From the sequence record OQ174501.1: 64,000 nt of DNA; one strand, given 5' to 3'. How positions within the stretch are numbered: the first letter of the stretch is position 1; each line of letters opens with the position of its first letter. The notes under the pieces were generated by a model. It was not told the DNA's origin. It searched no databases and saw nothing but the letters and a program-made list of their open reading frames with translations. Shown one piece after another: positions 57,843-64,000 of this stretch. This DNA is from Escherichia phage REP2. Position numbers and translations under genes: made by a program.

Positions 57843-58154
57843 ATGGTTTATGTATATGCGATAGTTTACCGAGACAAAGACGGATTTACGGCGCCAGTTC
57901 CACTTGATGAACATCGTCCTGCTGTATTTTTTGAAAGGGAGATTGCTGATAAAGTATTTACTACTCTTAAAGAGCAGTATCGACTAGCTTTAGGTATGGG
58001 AATTCCGAGATTAGTTGAGACTCCACGCAAGTTTTGGTTTAATAAAATAGAAGTTAAACATGTTAAGCCTGATGTAGACACACAAAGATTATATCGGCGA
58101 ATTTTAGATACTGGGCGTATTGTTAGTATACCAATTGCAGGGAATTTACGATGA
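57843..58154 (+). CDS. Hypothetical protein (dda.1 position)
   Basis: 103 aa; overlaps the dda start. Confidence 0.55.
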   Translation: MVYVYAIVYRDKDGFTAPVPLDEHRPAVFFEREIADKVFTTLKEQYRLALGMGIPRLVETPRKFWFNKIEVKHVKPDVDTQRLYRRILDTGRIVSIPIAGNLR

Positions 58155-59470
58155 CATTTGATGATTTGACCGAAGGTCAGAAAAATGCCTTTAACATTGT
58201 TATGAGGGCTATCAAAGAAAAGAAACATCATGTGACTATTAATGGACCTGCCGGTACTGGTAAGACTACTCTTACCAAGTTCATCATTGAAGCCTTAATA
58301 TCTACAGGCGAAACTGGCATTATTTTAGCAGCTCCTACACATGCAGCTAAAAAGATTCTTTCAAAACTATCAGGGAAAGAAGCGAGTACTATTCACAGTA
58401 TTCTTAAAATTAACCCAGTAACATATGAAGAAAACGTTCTTTTTGAACAAAAAGAAGTACCGGATTTAGCTAAATGCAGAGTATTAATCTGCGACGAAGT
58501 GTCAATGTATGATAGAAAGCTATTCAAAATTCTACTTTCAACTATCCCGCCATGGTGTACTATAATTGGAATAGGGGATAATAAGCAAATTAGACCTGTT
58601 GACCCAGGAGAAAACACTGCTTATATCAGTCCATTCTTTACACATAAAGATTTTTATCAGTGTGAACTCACTGAAGTTAAACGCAGTAATGCTCCTATTA
58701 TTGATGTAGCTACTGATGTTCGCAACGGTAAGTGGATTTATGATAAAGTTGTTGACGGCCATGGAGTACGTGGATTTACTGGTGATACCGCTTTACGCGA
58801 TTTTATGGTAAATTATTTTTCAATCGTAAAATCACTAGACGATTTGTTTGAAAATCGCGTAATGGCATTTACAAATAAATCTGTTGATAAGTTAAATAGC
58901 ATTATTCGCAAAAAGATTTTTGAAACTGATAAAGATTTTATCGTTGGTGAAATTATTGTAATGCAGGAACCATTAATTAAAACATATAAAATTGATGGAA
59001 AGCCTGTGTCAGAAATTATTTTTAATAACGGACAATTAGTTCGTATTATAGAAGCAGAGTATACATCAACATTTGTTAAAGCTCGCGGTGTTTCTGGAGA
59101 ATATCTAATTCGTCATTGGGATTTAACAGTAGAAACTTACGGCGATGATGAATATTATCGTGAAAAGATTAAAATAATTTCATCTGATGAAGAGCTGTAT
59201 AAGTTTAACTTATTTTTAGGTAAAACGGCAGAAACTTATAAAAATTGGAATAAAGGTGGAAAAGCTCCGTGGAGTGATTTTTGGGATGCTAAATCACAGT
59301 TTAGTAAAGTGAAAGCACTTCCCGCATCAACATTCCACAAAGCTCAGGGCATGTCTGTAGACCGTGCTTTCATTTATACGCCTTGTATTCATTATGCAGA
59401 CGCTGAACTAGCTCAGCAGCTTCTTTATGTTGGTGTTACTCGTGGTCGTTATGATGTGTTTTATGTGTGA
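58151..59470 (+). CDS. dda: Dda DNA helicase (SF1B)
   Basis: 439 aa; Walker A GPAGTGKTT; matches T4 Dda as I recall it. Confidence 0.93.
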   Translation: MTFDDLTEGQKNAFNIVMRAIKEKKHHVTINGPAGTGKTTLTKFIIEALISTGETGIILAAPTHAAKKILSKLSGKEASTIHSILKINPVTYEENVLFEQKEVPDLAKCRVLICDEVSMYDRKLFKILLSTIPPWCTIIGIGDNKQIRPVDPGENTAYISPFFTHKDFYQCELTEVKRSNAPIIDVATDVRNGKWIYDKVVDGHGVRGFTGDTALRDFMVNYFSIVKSLDDLFENRVMAFTNKSVDKLNSIIRKKIFETDKDFIVGEIIVMQEPLIKTYKIDGKPVSEIIFNNGQLVRIIEAEYTSTFVKARGVSGEYLIRHWDLTVETYGDDEYYREKIKIISSDEELYKFNLFLGKTAETYKNWNKGGKAPWSDFWDAKSQFSKVKALPASTFHKAQGMSVDRAFIYTPCIHYADAELAQQLLYVGVTRGRYDVFYV

Positions 59471-59476
59471 GGATAT

Positions 59477-59737
59477 ATGATTAACATCAATTCAAAATAT
59501 TTAAATCGTCTAATAGATGGTATAAAGAAGCATACTGATAAGCAAGATAACCTCAGTGTTATGGTAACAGGAGCTGAGCTCCTTTATAAACTTAATCTTA
59601 TAAGTGATACTATACTAGCAATTAAACGAATTGAAAAACAATCATATCATAGTAATACAGACACGGTAATTACATTAGATGAAAGTGTCTGTAAGCTGCT
59701 GATTAAATTTGAGGAAGCTATTCGTGGAAATAACTAA
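59477..59737 (+). CDS. Hypothetical small protein
   Basis: 86 aa. Confidence 0.45.
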   Translation: MININSKYLNRLIDGIKKHTDKQDNLSVMVTGAELLYKLNLISDTILAIKRIEKQSYHSNTDTVITLDESVCKLLIKFEEAIRGNN

Positions 59738-59969
59738 AGACCAGTTTTATCTGCTTCAAGATAAAGTGAGCGAAATTTATGAAATTGCTTATAGCAAAAA
59801 TCGTGAAACTGTAAAAATAGAATCTAGTAAGTTGAGGCTTCAATTAGAAGAAATTGAACGAGATTTAATTGCGTTAGAATTCTTTTGTGGTGAAGTGAAA
59901 ACTGTTACAATCAATGATTATATTTTAGGCGAAATTAGCTATCTTTATAAGGCGATTATTAATGATTGA
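59709..59969 (+). CDS. Hypothetical small protein, paralogue of the next ORF
   Basis: 86 aa; shares a ...TINDYILGEI / ...IQDYTVGQI motif with 59962-60204. Confidence 0.45.
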   Translation: MRKLFVEITKDQFYLLQDKVSEIYEIAYSKNRETVKIESSKLRLQLEEIERDLIALEFFCGEVKTVTINDYILGEISYLYKAIIND

Positions 59970-60204
59970 ATTGAGTTGGTACCAGTTTAAATCTCTTATG
60001 ACAAATGTTAAAGCTGTCATTGAAGAAAATCCGGGTCCTGAAAATATTACTATTCGCGAAAAAGCTTCAAAGATAGTATACAGTCTTGAAGAGATACAAA
60101 AAGACATTGAATCTATGGCAAAATTTATTGATGAGCCTATTAATAAAGTTTATATTCAAGACTATACTGTAGGTCAAATTCGCGATTTAGCAAGGAAAAT
60201 TTAA
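59962..60204 (+). CDS. Hypothetical small protein
   Basis: 80 aa. Confidence 0.45.
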   Translation: MIELSWYQFKSLMTNVKAVIEENPGPENITIREKASKIVYSLEEIQKDIESMAKFIDEPINKVYIQDYTVGQIRDLARKI

Positions 60205-60887
60205 TGTTTGATTTTATTATAGATTTTGAAACAATGGGAAGCGGCGAAAAGGCAGCTGTTATTGATTTAGCTGTAATTGCTTTTGACCCTAATCCAGAAG
60301 TCGTTGAAACATTTGATGAATTAGTTTCACGTGGCATTAAAATCAAGTTTGATTTAAAAAGCCAAAAAGGACATCGTCTTTTTACTAAAAGTACTATCGA
60401 ATGGTGGAAGAATCAATCCCCTGAAGCTCGAAAAAATATTGCACCATCAGATGAAGATGTAAGCACCATCGATGGTATTGCAAAATTTAATGATTACATC
60501 AATGCACATAATATCGATCCTTGGAAATCTCAAGGCTGGTGCCGTGGAATGTCGTTTGATTTTCCAATTTTAGTCGATCTCATTCGTGATATTCAACGTC
60601 TTAATGGTGTTTCTGAGAATGAGCTTGACACATTTAAGTTAGAACCGTGTAAATTCTGGAATCAGCGTGATATTCGTACCAGAATTGAAGCACTTCTGCT
60701 TGTTCGTGATATGACCACATGTCCTCTTCCAAAGGGAACTTTAGATGGATTCGTTGCACATGATTCTATTCATGACTGTGCGAAAGACATCCTGATGATG
60801 AAGTATGCTTTGCGATATGCTATGGGTCTTGAAGATGCTCCGTCAGAGGAAGAGTGCGATCCTCTGTCTCTTCCAACAAAACGATAA
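60204..60887 (+). CDS. dexA: Exonuclease A (DnaQ-like 3'-5' exonuclease)
   Basis: 227 aa; N-terminal DFETMG exonuclease motif; position downstream of dda. Confidence 0.85.
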   Translation: MFDFIIDFETMGSGEKAAVIDLAVIAFDPNPEVVETFDELVSRGIKIKFDLKSQKGHRLFTKSTIEWWKNQSPEARKNIAPSDEDVSTIDGIAKFNDYINAHNIDPWKSQGWCRGMSFDFPILVDLIRDIQRLNGVSENELDTFKLEPCKFWNQRDIRTRIEALLLVRDMTTCPLPKGTLDGFVAHDSIHDCAKDILMMKYALRYAMGLEDAPSEEECDPLSLPTKR

Positions 60888-60925
60888 AAAGTTGTTTACT
60901 TCCTCGGTTAGTTGTGGTATTATAA
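60885..60925 (+). promoter_or_regulatory. T4 early promoter
   Basis: GTTTAC 60894-60899, TATTAT 60918-60923. Confidence 0.6.
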
Positions 60926-60950
60926 CACCATAGCTACTGAGGATAATAAA

Positions 60951-61451
60951 ATGAAAATTTATCGTGTTGAATCATCGTTTAGTATTCTTGATTATGAAGA
61001 TGCTATAACAATACGTCGAAATCTTTGTGTTCAAATAACGCCGTACAGGAGTATAATAGATTCATGGAGCGAAGAGTGGCTATTACACGTAGGTTATGAC
61101 AGACCTAATTTTATGCATCATAGCGATAATAATAAAAGAATTCCTTTACCACACGAAGATAAACTATTAGTTAAAAACGCTAATATAGTAATTAATACTA
61201 AGTTCAAGAAAGATTATGTTGGAGTAGAATATCATATTCCCGGATGGTTTATAGCTCTTTATCATTTTGCTTTTGCTAGCGAATATGATATGATGAGATG
61301 GTTCACACGAGAAGAGCGTGAAGAATTATCTTCGAAAGGATTTTATCTTGCTGTATACGAAGTACCAGATGACCAAGTTATCGTTGGCGGGCATCAAGTA
61401 ATGTTCCGCAAATCTCATGCCGAACTAAAAGGCTTTATTACCTTAGATTAA
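60951..61451 (+). CDS. Hypothetical protein
   Basis: 166 aa from the ATG after gaggataataaa (ORF track starts at 60912). Confidence 0.5.
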   Translation: MKIYRVESSFSILDYEDAITIRRNLCVQITPYRSIIDSWSEEWLLHVGYDRPNFMHHSDNNKRIPLPHEDKLLVKNANIVINTKFKKDYVGVEYHIPGWFIALYHFAFASEYDMMRWFTREEREELSSKGFYLAVYEVPDDQVIVGGHQVMFRKSHAELKGFITLD

Positions 61452-61461
61452 AGAGAAAATT

Positions 61462-61965
61462 ATGATTAAAAATAATGCTGTTTATCAATTGAAAAAATTT
61501 GATGAAATTAAGAATTTTCCGGTACTGTCTAATACAGCTCATAATAAGTTTTGTGAACTTCTTGCTTTAACTGGCGGATATCCTTTTACTGTTATTAGTG
61601 TTAATAGCGGAATTCTTATCGGCATGATGTATATTGAAATTAGAAACTATTATGGAATGGTGTCATCGCTTATTATTTATGAAAAAGATTTTAGTCTATT
61701 GACAGAAATTGAAAAAGAAGAACAGGAAAAATCCCATATTGATATGGATTTAGTTTCTATGTATGTGGCACCAGTTGAAAAAATTGAAGACCCGACTGAT
61801 TTGTTGTGTAAGGCAGTTTACATTCGTCGTCCATTCGCGAATCCGGTCGGTGGTTGGGTAACTGACCAGTGGATTGAAGATGGCGTTGAACTTCTGAACG
61901 TAGTTCATGCTGGAGAATACTCTGTAGTTCCTCGTAGCGCAGTGATTAATGTTCGTGTAAGCTAG
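61462..61965 (+). CDS. Hypothetical protein sharing a C-terminal domain with the next gene
   Basis: C-terminal GGWVTDQWIEDGVELLNVVHAGEYSVVP resembles TDQWVEDGVKLYNAVFLGTYKVIP in 62039-62530. Confidence 0.5.
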   Translation: MIKNNAVYQLKKFDEIKNFPVLSNTAHNKFCELLALTGGYPFTVISVNSGILIGMMYIEIRNYYGMVSSLIIYEKDFSLLTEIEKEEQEKSHIDMDLVSMYVAPVEKIEDPTDLLCKAVYIRRPFANPVGGWVTDQWIEDGVELLNVVHAGEYSVVPRSAVINVRVS

Positions 61966-61996
61966 TTTACAAACTCTTGGGACCAGAGTATAATGG
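61958..61996 (+). promoter_or_regulatory. T4 early promoter with flanking inverted repeat
   Basis: GTTTAC 61965-61970, TATAAT 61989-61994; gggacca / tggtcc arms. Confidence 0.6.
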
Positions 61997-62038
61997 TCCT
62001 GTGGAGTATAAAATCTTTTTAACAAGTGAGAGATAATT

Positions 62039-62530
62039 ATGAATATTAATATCGGCGAAATTGCTCGTGTATCTGATAAATCCCGTTCTAAAGCAGCAGG
62101 AAAATTGGTCGAAGTTGTAAGCATTCAGCTTAAACACGGTGTTAAAGATGAAGATTCTGAAGTAAAAGTACGTATCATTGCTAAAGATGGAATGTCTAAG
62201 CCCCAGTTTGGTTATGTTCGATGGAAATTTCTTGAGCCTGCGTTTTTGAAAGCTGTTCCTGCTAAAGGAATTGAAACGATTGATACTTCGCATGTAGGTG
62301 TAGACTTTAAGTGGAAACTTGGTCAAGCTATCAAGTTCATTGCTCCTTATGAGTTTGAATTTATCGAAGGTGGACAACCACTTCCTCGGCGTACTCGCGC
62401 TATGTGTGCATACATTACTGATCAATGGGTAGAAGATGGCGTTAAGTTATACAACGCGGTATTTTTAGGAACATACAAAGTCATTCCTGAAAGTTGGATT
62501 AAACACTATAGCAAAGCTCGCTATGCATAA
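62039..62530 (+). CDS. MotB-position protein (tentative)
   Basis: 163 aa; position downstream of dexA. Confidence 0.45.
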   Translation: MNINIGEIARVSDKSRSKAAGKLVEVVSIQLKHGVKDEDSEVKVRIIAKDGMSKPQFGYVRWKFLEPAFLKAVPAKGIETIDTSHVGVDFKWKLGQAIKFIAPYEFEFIEGGQPLPRRTRAMCAYITDQWVEDGVKLYNAVFLGTYKVIPESWIKHYSKARYA

Positions 62531-62702
62531 AGTTTAAAATTTTTTCATAAAACTATATACATCAGTAGTTGATTATGGTACTATATCAATATCAACTACT
62601 GATATAGAAAATAATTTGGAGAATAAAATGGAAAATTTGCTAAAGGTGCTGCTACTCTTCTGAAACGCATCGCTCCAATGTTCAATTAACGAGGAAATTG
62701 TA

Positions 62703-62918
62703 ATGAAACGTAAAATTGTTCAGAACTGCACTAATGACGAATTTGAAGATGTGTTATTCGATCCAGATTTGGTAGTAGTTCAAAAGGAACACACTGCTAA
62801 GTTTACTCACTTGACTTCGGTTTATGTGTATGAAAAGGTTGGGGATAAACAACCAATTTACGGTGTATTTCGTGAAATCACTGAAGATGGTACAACTTAC
62901 TGGAAGGAAATTTATTAA
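62703..62918 (+). CDS. Hypothetical small protein
   Basis: 71 aa. Confidence 0.5.
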   Translation: MKRKIVQNCTNDEFEDVLFDPDLVVVQKEHTAKFTHLTSVYVYEKVGDKQPIYGVFREITEDGTTYWKEIY

Positions 62919-63337
62919 TGGCTATTAAATTTGAAGTTAATAAATGGTATCAATTTAAAAATAAACAAGCTCAAGAAAATTTTATTAAAGACCATACTGA
63001 TAACGGAATCTATGCGCGGCGTTTAGGTATGGAACCTTTTAAAGTTATAGATATTGACCATCTTGGTCGTCCTACTAAAATTGTGACATCTACTGGAAGA
63101 TTGGCGTTATCCTCCGGTAAAGATATTTTGGATGAAGATTTTATTTGGCTTTCAACGAGCGAAGCTGAGTTCTTTAATGAAGTGGAAAATCCATATCAGG
63201 CAGCTGAAGAACAAGAGCAGGAAGAGCAAGAACAAATAGAAGATTTCACAGAATTCCCGATCATGAAAGTTACTATTGAAAATAATGAACAAGCATGGTC
63301 CTTGTATCAGATGTTGAAAGCACACTTTAAGGAATAA
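62918..63337 (+). CDS. Hypothetical protein with acidic EQ-rich segment
   Basis: 139 aa. Confidence 0.5.
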   Translation: MAIKFEVNKWYQFKNKQAQENFIKDHTDNGIYARRLGMEPFKVIDIDHLGRPTKIVTSTGRLALSSGKDILDEDFIWLSTSEAEFFNEVENPYQAAEEQEQEEQEQIEDFTEFPIMKVTIENNEQAWSLYQMLKAHFKE

Positions 63338-63339
63338 TT

Positions 63340-63516
63340 ATGCCAATGTATGATTATAAATGCCAATCCGAAGATTGCGGGCATGAATATGAAAAAATTA
63401 AAAAGATTTCTGAACGAGAAAATGATGTTTGCCCTAAATGTCATCGTCTGTCTACTCGTCGGCCTTCTGCTCCTAAGCATGTGAATGGTGGATTTTACGA
63501 CTTACTTAAAGGGTAA
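63340..63516 (+). CDS. Zinc-ribbon small protein (FmdB-like)
   Basis: MPMYDYKCQSEDCGHEY...CPKCH, two CxxC pairs; 58 aa. Confidence 0.5.
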   Translation: MPMYDYKCQSEDCGHEYEKIKKISERENDVCPKCHRLSTRRPSAPKHVNGGFYDLLKG

Positions 63517-63518
63517 TT

Positions 63519-63890
63519 ATGTTTAAAATCGGTAAGAAATATCGCATTCGTGAAGGTGAAGAACAGAAATATCTACTTTCTGCTAGTAATAGGAATAGTT
63601 CTATTAATGCTGTAATATTGACTAGTGAATTTATCGTTGAAGATATGAAAGGTCATAATGTTACAATGATTAGTACAGCATCTGGAAATGATGGAAAAAT
63701 TCTTCACAGTTTTCAGAGTAATGTTCTAATATATGATGAAGAATTTGACCTATTCGAAGAAGTCCCCGAAGGTTTTGATTTTGAATGCACTATCACTATG
63801 AAATCTGGTGACCCTCTTTCATTTACGGTTAAAGATGAAAGAAGTCGCTTGAGAATTATTAGTCTCCTTCAAGCCATTAAATTTGAGTGA
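63519..63890 (+). CDS. Hypothetical protein
   Basis: 123 aa. Confidence 0.5.
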   Translation: MFKIGKKYRIREGEEQKYLLSASNRNSSINAVILTSEFIVEDMKGHNVTMISTASGNDGKILHSFQSNVLIYDEEFDLFEEVPEGFDFECTITMKSGDPLSFTVKDERSRLRIISLLQAIKFE

Positions 63891-63894
63891 AATT

Positions 63895-64000
63895 ATGAAA
63901 TATATTAATCGTTCTATCGCAGCATTAGTATTAGCAGTGTCTTTAGCAGGATGTACTGATACTGATAATGCAACCAAAATTTTGTCATCAAGCGGTTTTA
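63895..64000 (+). CDS. Lipoprotein (partial, runs off the window end)
   Basis: MKYINRSIAALVLAVSLAGC lipobox; truncated by the window edge. Confidence 0.45.
   Translation, partial: MKYINRSIAALVLAVSLAGCTDTDNATKILSSSGF

Overview
This window is a contiguous stretch of a T4-like (T-even, Tequatrovirus-type) phage early/middle region, almost entirely on the + strand. Genes recognised from their translated sequence, in order: internal-protein (Ip) genes, nudE, e (lysozyme), denV, regB, tk, rI, nrdC, pin, 49 (endo VII), nrdD, nrdG, 55, alpha-gt, 47, 46, rpbA, 45, 44, 62, regA, 43, imm, 42, uvsX, 40, 41, dmd, sp, 61, 56, soc, modB, modA, dda, dexA and a motB-position gene. Gene names are assigned from my recollection of T4 protein sequences; no database search was possible. 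The phage is probably not T4 itself but a T2/T6-like relative: nrdD is intronless, the beta-gt position holds a different GT-A type glycosyltransferase, dam is missing between 61 and 56, and e is followed directly by denV. Regulation is typical T-even: many early promoters (GTTTAC-N18-TAtAaT) embedded in promoter/stem-loop cassettes, UUCG-tetraloop terminators and a few late TATAAATA promoters. Only two convincing minus-strand genes exist (an HNH homing endonuclease and a small membrane protein). No tRNA, rRNA or CRISPR array was found. The most interesting material is in the accessory blocks: a self-contained four-gene early cassette ending in a Pol-beta-type nucleotidyltransferase, four tandem coiled-coil paralogues, the anti-defence island between 41 and 61, a macro-domain protein, a GrcA chimera with a host-like 3' half, and apparent frameshifts in nudE and a GIY-YIG endonuclease gene. 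I could not single out one system as definitely novel from sequence alone.
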